Source of the DNA: Cyanophora paradoxa CCMP329
Lineage: Eukaryota > Plantae > Glaucophyta
Assembly: GCA_004431415.1 (NCBI GenBank)
Contig: QPMI01000628.1
Location: forward strand, 37,847 to 101,846
Direction: 5' to 3'
DNA: 64,000 bases
Position 1 is the first letter of the stretch, and each line of letters begins with the position of its first letter. The translations under genes were made by a program, and so were the position numbers. This document shows positions 37,492 to 47,235 of the stretch, piece after piece. A model generated the notes under the pieces. That model ran no database searches and was not told the origin of the DNA. It saw nothing but the letters and a program-made list of their open reading frames with translations.

Positions 37492-40400
37492 ATGTCTAGC
37501 TCAGAATCGTCCTCAGCAGAGCCACAAAAGCGAAAGAAAACAGGCAAGCAATTTGCATTCCCGAAACTGGATGGAATTGCAATTGAACCTTTTATCAGGT
37601 TTTCATCCAGACACTGGGAAACAACGAAGCCAATCTCACGCACAATTTCAAGCTGCAAGTCCAGTGCGCACTGTTCATCATCCACGGACTTCACAATCAT
37701 GTCGCTAATTATCCGCATGTGCCTTGCAGCCGGGTGCAGCACCCGGCAAAGAGTATGATACACAATTTCTTCCTTCATCAGCTGCACTGCGAGTGCGCGC
37801 CAGCCGTGCTCGAGCACGTGGTGAATCACCTCAACCAGCAGCACACGGCACACCGCGCAATGCAGGTAAGTGAATCCCGTAACAACAAGCTTAAGGACTC
37901 ATGAAATTTATGTCGGTATCTACAGAGTCAAAAACGACGAGCCATGCCCAGCGGCAGCAAGAATATGCAAAACGAGCAAACGGTACGTCACCGATTCCAT
38001 GAACTCCAATGTTAATGCAGTCTATACAACGTTGAACCTCACAAATCGACAGAGCAAGCACATGCAACAGCTGGAACATCGCCTGGAACCATCGGCTCCA
38101 CACTGACACAGTTGTGGAAGTGGGATCGCTCCGTGGACAAGCTGTGCAGCAACATCGTTACATGCTCCATCACAGCGGCTGTCGTCCAGCACCCGCCAGC
38201 ATCAAAGGAGTCGAGATCGATCGTGCACATTCCTGAACCGCTGCTCCAGTCGTCGACAGAGATGCGAACCGACGGGGATGCAGCGACTCTGGCATTCATC
38301 CGAACATACTATGAGATCCTGCAGACGCAGCCGCGGCAAATGTTCCGCTTCTACAACCCTGAGAGCGTCCACCTTTGGATCACAGACGAAACGACCCCAA
38401 TGCCACAGGCTGCCATCGGGATCACGGTGCAAATTTCCATGCATGGAACCGAGACGGCGAAACTGACCTGTCTGCAGAGCATTGAGCAGCGCATCGCCGA
38501 CCTCATGCTGCATAGGGTCATCATCAATATTGCGGCCATCACGGTCCACAGCATTGGGAACAATTACATCCTTGGAACGATCTCTGGCACCATGTCCCCA
38601 ACGGCCGATGCCCCTGTGCGCGGATTTGTCCAGAGCCTTACGCTGGCGCCCATCCACGGCGGCATGTACATCGCGTCCGATGTCCTCATGTTCCTTCCCA
38701 TCGAGTTAGCATGGCCAGATGTGTCAGGTGTGTATTCGAGAATTCCAGGCTCAGTGTTTGTTCAATTGCAACTGAATTAATGATTTTGCTCGCAGACCTG
38801 TCTACATTGTTTCCGGCGGCGCACCCCACATCGGCTGCAAACCAACACATCCTCTCCAGTATCCTCCACGGCAATTGACAAAACAAGGCAATCGGCCGTT
38901 CATTCGAACAGCTCCACTTGACCAGTGGTGGACAACGTGTGTCCATCACGCACGTTGCCAGCATGCCATCCCCTCAAGGCGGCGCTTCCATCACTGCAAT
39001 CGGACTGCAGAGGCACAGAAATGGAGCCTGCGTGCCTTTCGCTGTGAACTGGCATCTGCATCTCAACGTCTTCACTGGCCACTTCTTCGTCGATGATGTC
39101 CAGCTCCACTTCTGGCCCATGCTTCATGACTGTTCACAAACACACCCCTACCGATGGCCGTCACTTGCAAGCCTTCCACCACCAGTCAAACCAGCTTCGC
39201 ACGCCCAGACTCCACACGCTGCCATTGTCAATGCCCAGCACATGCAAGAGAGGTGGCCGGCAATAGGTGACACCGTCACCATTGGCTCGAAATCAGCAAA
39301 CAGCACTCCACAATCGAGTGCATGGTGTACGATCACAGTTAACAATGTCCGGATCCGCCCTGTGACGGAGGATATGCATGATGAAACACGCTTCGTCCCT
39401 GCAACCATTCGTGGCACTCCTGCTGGTCGTCCCCAGCACAAGCTACCTGATTATCACCGCTGGTTTGGAACAATCCCAGTCTCCGTCACAACGACGGTGT
39501 GCAACTGTGACGATCATATGGCGCTCCGTAGAGAGCACCATCCAGCACCGACTAAAAAGCTGAAGGAGAAGCAAGCGTCAAACATAGATTTCGAATCTCG
39601 GCGCACCGGAAAGGCTGACCGGCAGCAAGTCCTACGCCAGCATGCACCTCCCGAGAAGAAGGATGCCGAGGTCGACCGCGTTCGCAACCTCCGTCGAAAT
39701 CCAGATACAGCCTGGAAGCGCCGCGAGGAGAAGCGCCAGGCGCGCCTGGAGCGCAAACGGGAGGAGATCGAGAAGATGGCGCTCGAGTGGGGCTTCCGCT
39801 ACGACCACCCAAAGGAGCTCCTGCGTGACGTGGAGATCGAGATGGCTCGCGCGGCCCCCGAGAAGAAGCCCTTCTTTGAGGCTCTCCGCGACAGCGTCCT
39901 TCAGTACATTCACAGTGCGCCAACTCTGTGACAGGAATTCAATGCGCATTGGCTCATGCACGCATACGGCAGCTATGTACCAGCCCATCTTCACGTGCGA
40001 CTGCTGCTCGATCCGCGACTACGTTGATGAGCTGTACACCGTTGACAGAGAGGACTCCTACACGCTCGCGATGCATGGCATCACCCAGGAACACGTCGAT
40101 CGAATCGCCAAGGACCCTGAGAACGTCGGCCGCCATCCACGCCTCTGCTCTGCCTGTCACCATTTCCGCGCGAACCCCGAGCAGGGGAAGCCCATCTGTC
40201 CCCTTTCGCGCCAGGTGCCCATTGTCAGACGAGCGCATCCTGCCATCGGGGCTGATGTGCATCTCTTTCCGCAGAACGGGGTCCACCCCACCCCTCCGTC
40301 GCAGAAGCTCGCCGACCTGGCCCGGGAGCTCACGCTACCCGAGTCCCTCGCCGTCCGGACCGTCGTGCCGTTCGTCCCGCTCTGCAGCTCGCCCGGCAGC
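37492..40400 (+). pseudogene. Decayed Helitron-like ORF: NTF2-like domain(s), coiled coil and truncated DUF6570-like RepHel N-terminus
   Basis: NTF2-like AFIRTYYEILQTQPRQMFRFY...FVQSLTLAP..MYIASDVLMF (38290-38697) and a second divergent NTF2-like half (38940-39110). Then CDCC...LCSACH...CPLSRQ/NG.HP.P..L..L..LTLPESLAV..VPFV, resembling the Helitron-associated DUF6570. In-frame stops at ~38876 and 39929; GC content lower than host genes. Confidence 0.55.
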
Positions 40401-41774
40401 GCCCAGGAGGCCGCTCGGGCCACCGGCCACCGAAGTTCGCCTGCAAAATTCGAAAGTTCGCCTCAAAAAATGCGGCTCGAGCTCTCGAGTCTCGAGCTCC
40501 CGGGTAGGGGACTGGCCATGGCCAATGGCCATGGCCGACGTGGCCGTCGGTTCTCAGAGCTTGCACCGGGGTCCGGGGAGTCGGCGGGGACCGGGGCTGG
40601 CCGAAAATCTCAAGTCCTTTCACCGGGGCTGGCCCCAGCGGCTAGGCGACTCCAAAATCTCGGCTGGCTTGGCAGCGGCTTGCCAGTTACTGTGGTGCCA
40701 GTGCACGCGTGTGGCCAACGCTGCTTGCATGGTCTGGCTTGGTGCAGCTCGCGCTGACTTCACCTATTCTTCGTTCGTTGGCTCGATTGCGAGCGCGTGG
40801 CTTGCTGACTTGGGAGGCAAGCCGGGGAAAAGCCGGCGAAACCCCTGGGCTGGCAACTTGTGGCATGCGCAAGCCGAGCTTTCGGCCGCCTAGACCAAGT
40901 GCAGGCGCCCCCCGCCCAAATTGGCCGGCTAGCTAGCCGGCTTGGCCGCCGGCTCTCGACTCAGGCCGAAAACCGGATAAGCTCGAGACGGTACTTTCTC
41001 AAGTCCCTCAATGCAAAAGACCTCTGGTACTTGTTAACGACCGAAGAGGCCATGACTTGTTAACGACCGAAGGGGCCAACGACCGAAGCCAGAATTATTC
41101 GAGTCCCAAGTCGAGTCCCAGCCAAGTCGAATTGTGGGGACCGACTTTTTTTCGCGAGCTGTGTAAGCAGTGAACAGTAGAACCTCTGGTCTCTTCTTCG
41201 CTTCGCTCAGAATTGAGACCAGAGGTTGAAAGACCCGAACACTCAAGTCCCGAGTTCGGAAAGAGACTTGGATAACCACCGAATCGGCCGGTATCCGGTT
41301 TTCGGCCTCACGGATTGGCTCCGAGTAGGATCGGCGGAAGCTCCCCATGCATGCAGCCTGCAGGCTGCAGCGCTAGCGCGCCGCCGGGCGGGCCGGCCCG
41401 GGCCGGGCGGCCCGGGCCCCGCCCGGATCCCGGACAGGAAAATAATTAGTACTTCGCGATTTTGGTCATTTTAGTGGGCGGGAAATATTTGGTAGGTCCG
41501 GCCAAACCGCTCCCTAGCTAGGGGGCGTCATCGGAGGCCCCCCCCCCGCCCCCCTTTTTTTGCAAAAGTGGACGTCGCATTGATACAACACGGCACATGT
41601 ATCAATGTTCTACGTGACGTGCCCTTCCGACCGGTCAACTGTCTAGCCGAAGGTGCTAGCTAGGTGCCGGCCATGGTTCGCTCAATATGGGCCCCCCCCG
41701 CCCCCCCCGCGCCCCCGCCGCTGCAGATCGCTGCTGCCAATGTTACGTTACTGTACAAGTCGAGAAACCTCTAG

Positions 41775-41776
<2 letters not shown>

Positions 41777-41819
<43 letters not shown>
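41777..41819. repeat. (TA)n microsatellite
   Basis: About 21 uninterrupted TA units. Confidence 0.97.
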
Positions 41820-41820
<1 letters not shown>

Positions 41821-42129
41821 CCCTAGCTGCTCGCGCTCAGATCTCCTCGGGGTTCCAACACGGTGTGCACGTGGCTGCTCGACTGGCCGGCCTTTCATTG
41901 CTGGAGCTCGGCGGCGACGCCTGGCGCTTAGCTACACCGTAGCCTACACGCTTGGGCGGCATGCTTTCCCGCGCTAAAGGCCTTTTCGAACGGTACCCCC
42001 TCCCCACCTCTTTGGTGAGCTACCGATAAAACTTTGTTACTTCGCTCAAAACTTTTTAGTACTATAAATATGCAGCCCTGGCCTGCCAGCCCACTAAATA
42101 TTTCTGGTTCTCCAGTACCGTCGGGCACT

Positions 42130-42357
42130 AAATTACCGCGGCATAAATTACCGCGTTTTAAAACCCGGCCCGCGATAGAGCAAAATACCGCGGTACCAAA
42201 TTACCGCGTTTTACAAATTTGCATGGATGAGGCTTGTATGGGGCGGTAATGTTGGAGGGGTACTGAATGGGGCGACTTCTCAGCAGGTAATTACCGCGGT
42301 ACCAAATTACCGCGTTTTAACAAACTTTTGGCGCGGTAATTTGGTACCGCGGTAATT
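42130..42357. repeat. Cluster of AATTACCGCG / CGCGGTAATT repeats, probably the subterminal region of a MITE
   Basis: About 8 copies in both orientations, including TACCGCGGTACCAAATTACCGCG twice direct and once inverted. Confidence 0.7.
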
Positions 42358-43275
42358 AAGTGGGCGCGGTGTTTGAATGTTCCACGTTACTACCGGTATT
42401 ATGGGCGGTATACGTATACGTAGTACTACGTTATCGCGGCGCCGCGACGGCGCCGGCGGCCCGTCGCCTCCGTCGGGGCCCGAGCGCGCGGCGTACCCTA
42501 TTTTCCGCTGAAGCGGCGGCGGGACTGCCGGCAGTTTGATCAGCCCGGGCGGCCGGGCCCCGGTGGCAACACCGGCAAGTTACACTCAGAGTCAGTGACT
42601 GCCTAGTCAGTGCCAACTCAGTGCCAAGTTGCCGAGTTGCGCAGAACAGCACAGCGCGTCCACGTGGGAGCGGGCATCATCGGGGCATGCGCAGGAGCTA
42701 TCGTCCCGCTTCCTCGCCTGCCTAATTGTACAACTGGCAGCTGCAGGGCTCCCGAGACGCTCTCATCAGACGTCGACGGGCGGCGAGCTGGTACAGAACT
42801 GCAAGCTCGGTTTCGTTCCCTTCAGTGCAGCTGATCATGATGGCCCCGGGCATGCGACTGCGCAGGTCCCACCGCCCGCGCGCGCCCCACTCGGCCAGCT
42901 AAGCTGATCGCCAGCCAGTCGCGGCTGCCGGCGCCGTGCGGCAGCATCAGCCCGGCGGGGCCGGCCGCGGCCGCGACGTTAGGATTAATATTAGTACCAG
43001 TCCGACGGCCGCGGTCATCATACCGCCAGCCCCGGCTGGAAGCCTGGAATGCGGGCGCGTATACGAGCCTACGTAGCGCGCCGCGGCCGGGCGCGGCGAT
43101 GAGTCTCGAACGGCCAGCTGCTGAGCGCCGATGAGCTTCGATCGAGCGCCGCCGATGGACAGCTGCAACTTAGCTGGGCTCCCTCGAGCCTCTTGCAGCT
43201 GTGCATGTGCGCCGCAGCCGGCGCTGGAGCTCCGGATCCGTGCTCCCTCTTACGGCGGCGGCGGCGGCCACCGCG

Positions 43276-44700
43276 ATGTCGATGCCTACGTGAACGCTCG
43301 GGATTCCGCGCCCAGCCACCTCCCTGCAGCTGTCTCGAGCTCGTCCATCGGCTCTGTGCTGCTGCATCTGGCGAGCCCTGAAGCGAGACGGGCGGGGCGG
43401 ACGCGTCGGCCGTCGCTGTCGGCGTCGGCGGCGCGGCCGCGGCCGCCCTCGCCCTTCCTCGCCTACCTGGTGCTGCTCGCCCTCGCGCCCTGCCTCGAGG
43501 GGCCCGCGTACTTTAGTTTTGCGGGCGCCGACCCGGTCGCCGGCACCGGTTCGTTCGCACCCGTCCGAAGTTCTGCGACCGAAGCGAAGGCCGAGGCCCG
43601 CTGCAGGGCTGCGCTTCCACGACGGGGCCAGCGATGCGCAGCACCTGCCCCTTACCAGCCTCTCGACCCCCTTCACGATGGAGATGTGGTGCGAAGTAGA
43701 GTTCGTTGGAGACAGCTTGCAGAATCCATTCGCGCGCAGGCTCTTTCCTACCTACGACCAAGGGGTCGGGCGCCACATCGTGAAGCTGAAGTCGAGCAGC
43801 GGATACGCATTCGTGAGCGGCCGTCTGCAAACGCTTCAAGACGGATATCGATCTCTGACCGAGGGCCGGTCCACGCGCGGCGCAGCGCATCTTCCTATGC
43901 CCCTGGCCTTCCGAGAAGGCGGCGTGCGAGCCGGGTGCCGGAGGCCGCCATTCCATATCGTATGGGTCGCAGGATGCGGTCCCGGGCTACGTGTCGTGGG
44001 CGTGGATTTGTAACATGTGCGGCGACGACTCCACCATGCACGTGTTCTTCCTTGGGGAAATGGGGCTCCGGATCGGCCACTGGAACGTGAGCACGCTTCT
44101 CCATGCCTCTCGTGCGATCGCCAAAGGATCCCATTTTCGCCGCAGTACCTTGCGATCTCTTGGGCTTCGAGTGGGGATGTGATCGTCTTCTTCAACGGCA
44201 TGAAATGTGGGCCTTTCAGAGCAGACTTCGACAACATGGCGCAGCTGTCCTGGTCCCAGAGACTCAGCAACGCGTGGCTGGGGGGCAACCCAGACGACGA
44301 TTACGGCGTCGACATCGGCGGGCAGGACTCCGTCACGCAAACGTCGTTTTCTGGTGCGGGTGCCGCGCTGCGCCTCTCTCGGACTTACGGTGTGCAGGCT
44401 TCCGAGTGTACCCTTTCGCGATGAGCTTTGATCAGATGCGGTCGTCTTACTTTTCGAACCGAGCGGAGGGGCTGACATCGCAGCCGCGGCTCCTTGACCT
44501 GGCAATGGACGTCGTGGACTGCATTTACACGGGGACCGCCCGCTCGGGCCTGAAGGACCGCTCCGGGTGCGCATGCGCATGCGCTCGAACGATGCCTCGC
44601 TGCGAGGAGACGTCGAACGGCGCGCAGGAACGGGCAGCACGTGAGCGTCGCGGTCGGGCTCAGCATCGACTGCCCGTCGCCGCCAACGCCCACATATGGT
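43276..44700 (+). CDS. Host gene with signal/TM segment and LamG/concanavalin-A-like region, interrupted by the viral insertion (start uncertain)
   Basis: LAYLVLLALAPCL, then exons GLRF..STPFTMEMW, PFHIV and YLAISWASSGDVIVFFNG (LamG-like spacing). GC-rich exonic sequence stops abruptly at ~44700. Confidence 0.4.
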
Positions 44701-44722
44701 CTGTTTCATTCTCTGGTTTCAG

Positions 44723-45006
44723 ACACATAGTAAAATGCGGAGTTTTAACCCTCGGCTTAATCTTAATTGATTTTGTTGATATATCTCGTATATTCTATTT
44801 CAATCAATCGTTAATCTGTGTATATCTTATCGAATATTCATTTATTTCGTTTATTTTGTATTCTTTTCGATATTTTATCGTAAATTTCTCTTATTTTCCG
44901 ATTAGTCTTACTGAGTCTATCGATAATCTGTATATATTTCCGAATAATATAACTGAATCTCAATTAGATCTTGCCTCTGGTTAAAACTCCGCATTTTACT
45001 ATGTGT
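44723..45006. repeat. Perfect 28-bp inverted repeat around a 228-bp AT-rich spacer at the virus left end
   Basis: ACACATAGTAAAATGCGGAGTTTTAACC (44723-44750) and GGTTAAAACTCCGCATTTTACTATGTGT (44979-45006). Confidence 0.95.
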
Positions 45007-45248
45007 GATTGGTCTAAAAGTTAATTGATTTAATCGATATTATATTCATGTACTTTCTCGATTAAATTTAATTAAATTTAATTCATTTAATCGGAAATAT
45101 ATCGCTAAACTCGATTAAGATCCATAAATGATTCATTTGTTTATATTAACAAATCGATCTCTTATTGAATCCAATCGTAATTATACATGAAACTTATATG
45201 ATTTTATCATTGTTTTGTTGAGTCTAAGGGGGACCCTTAGGATTTTGG

Positions 45249-45798
45249 GTGTGACAGGTGTGACAGGTGTGACAGGTCAATCCCAAGGAAAGTCCTAGTG
45301 AGAAATTGATTTTTAAAATCCACGGGATAAACCTGTCACACCTGTCACACAAACCATATTCAGTAAGGACCTCATATATTGTGAAAATCTCAGTGTTAGT
45401 TGGTGTTAAATCTTTCAGGCAGCATTTATTTGTCAGGCATTAAATCTATCGATTTTCATAAAGTATTTTATTTTGGCTAAGTCATTGTTTGGATCAACAA
45501 TGAAATTTGAATTATAGAAAAGTTTTCTAAAAAGGTGCCTGACAATGCCTGACATACTATATAAGTGCCTGACAACTATATTATAGTGCCTGACAAACCA
45601 TATATGGTAATACTATATGATATCTTCTACTTTCTCAGTGTTAGTTGGTGTAGTTGATTCAAAAAATGCATTTATACTCTGATTCATTGTTATTTCCTGT
45701 GAAATTTGAGTCAACTCAACCCACTTAGTCAACCCTTGCATTGAATTCGTAACAAAATCCATATACTATCGATTAATATGAGTCAACCTTGAGTCCAC
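45249..45798. repeat. Array of three iteron/AT-core cassettes with a conserved linker
   Basis: Cassette 1: GTGTGACAG x3 / CTGTCACAC x2. Cassette 2: TGTCAGGCA / TGCCTGACA x4. Cassette 3: GTTGATTC / GAGTCAAC-like x4. Linker TCTCAGTGTTAGTTGGTGT is identical at 45388-45406 and 45633-45651. Confidence 0.85.
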
Positions 45799-45846
45799 TT
45801 TAATAATAGGGGGAATCTTGGGGAGATGCTTATTAGATGCTATTAA

Positions 45847-47232
45847 TTAGCTAGTTTTGGTCCTTTCTCTTAGTGTTCTCTGAGGTTTAGGGGCTGTATA
45901 TGACTCCTTAGTAGTCTGAAAGTCATTATACCATCTCTGGCTATTAACCTCAGAAAGTTTCTGTGTCCCTGCTATAGTGAGCTTTTTGAGTTCCCTGTTA
46001 ACTTTCCCAGCCTTCTCCTTTCTAGCCTCTATCAAAGGCTTATCTGGGACTTCATTAGCAGCTTCTATGCCTTCTCTCCTTATAGCAGCATCAGCCCTGG
46101 CTTCCTCTTTAGCTTGCTCCAAGGCATCCACTGTAGGGGTTTCTAGATATTCAACTGCATTCACAGGCAACAGCTCATGGAAAGCAAACCTGTTTTCTAT
46201 GATCTCACCAGTGGGACTCCTTAGCTTAAACTTAAAGCCTTCCCTACTATCAACAGTGTAAACCATCCTAGACCAATTGTTACCCTGTTTAGCAAAGGGG
46301 TTCTTCTCAACTTTCACTCTAACAAACATGCCAGGCTGCATGGTATCAAGGTAAGCTATTGATTTCTTGAATCTTTCATCTTCTAATCCCACTATATACC
46401 TATAATGCTCCTCTGTAGTTTCGCCTGGCTTCATCTTAGTAGCTGAGTGAACTGTATTATTGTAATTATACTCAATATCACCTAACACATCAAAGAATCT
46501 AGCTGTGTTATTAGCTATGCAATAGTTTGTGATCAGTCTCTTAATCTGCTTGTTAAAGGCTTCAATTCGACCTTGGCTTCTATGGTCAGCAGTTCCACTC
46601 ACTTGGTGTTCTATGAATTTACTAGATAAATACTCCTGGAATATTCGATTTTGGAATTCACTCCCAGCATCTGATTGAACTTTTACTATGGGTCTTGCCA
46701 CTCTCATTTCAAGCTGTTTAAATGCAGCTAATGTAGTGAGAGCTGATTTATCCCTTATAGGTATGATATACCCAGTTCTCAGTGTAGATTCCATTGCAGT
46801 CATAAAGGTATCATAGCCATTGTTTTGTTTCTTATAAGCTGGGAAAAAGAGCAAATCAATCACATAGGTATCAAGGGGTTGCCTAATTGGGACCATGGGA
46901 TCTCTCTTCCTAGATATAGCAGGTGCATTGATCTGAACAACTTCTTGTTTTTTATAGAACTCTTGCAACTGCTTATAGGATTCATCAGGTAACTCAGCCC
47001 TCATAGCTTGAAGCCCTTTGTAACCAGTTCTCACATCATAGAATCTCTTGGCAATCTTGCTGGTTTCTTTCACTGCAATAGCAACTGGGATCTCTACTGG
47101 GACAAGCTCTTTCATCTCTGACTTTTTTACAATTCGAGATTCTCCCTTTTCCTCCTTGGGAACTGTGATAGGCAGTAGGTTACCTTGTAGTTGCTCAGTG
47201 GTTCTCCTAACTATTCTTCCAGTTGCTGGCAT
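45847..47232 (-). CDS. Retroviral-like (rve, DDE) integrase of Polinton type, 461 aa, intact
   Basis: YVIDL ... VQSDAGSEF ... QGRIEAFNKQIK (D-D-E) and YNNTVHSATKMKP. Confidence 0.93.
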   Translation of the reverse strand: MPATGRIVRRTTEQLQGNLLPITVPKEEKGESRIVKKSEMKELVPVEIPVAIAVKETSKIAKRFYDVRTGYKGLQAMRAELPDESYKQLQEFYKKQEVVQINAPAISRKRDPMVPIRQPLDTYVIDLLFFPAYKKQNNGYDTFMTAMESTLRTGYIIPIRDKSALTTLAAFKQLEMRVARPIVKVQSDAGSEFQNRIFQEYLSSKFIEHQVSGTADHRSQGRIEAFNKQIKRLITNYCIANNTARFFDVLGDIEYNYNNTVHSATKMKPGETTEEHYRYIVGLEDERFKKSIAYLDTMQPGMFVRVKVEKNPFAKQGNNWSRMVYTVDSREGFKFKLRSPTGEIIENRFAFHELLPVNAVEYLETPTVDALEQAKEEARADAAIRREGIEAANEVPDKPLIEARKEKAGKVNRELKKLTIAGTQKLSEVNSQRWYNDFQTTKESYTAPKPQRTLRERTKTS

Positions 47233-47235
47233 CTC

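Noticed and set aside
1-44700. Hundreds of long Arg/Gly/Pro/Ala-rich six-frame ORFs
   Set aside because: Expected by chance at very high GC; real genes here are spliced and appear only as motif fragments.
44103-44984. 293-aa ORF with a hydrophobic tail
   Set aside because: Chance read-through across the host-virus junction into T-rich terminal DNA.
45249-45798. CRISPR array
   Set aside because: Only two 19-bp linker copies, ~225-bp internally repetitive spacers and no cas genes; reported as an iteron cassette array instead.
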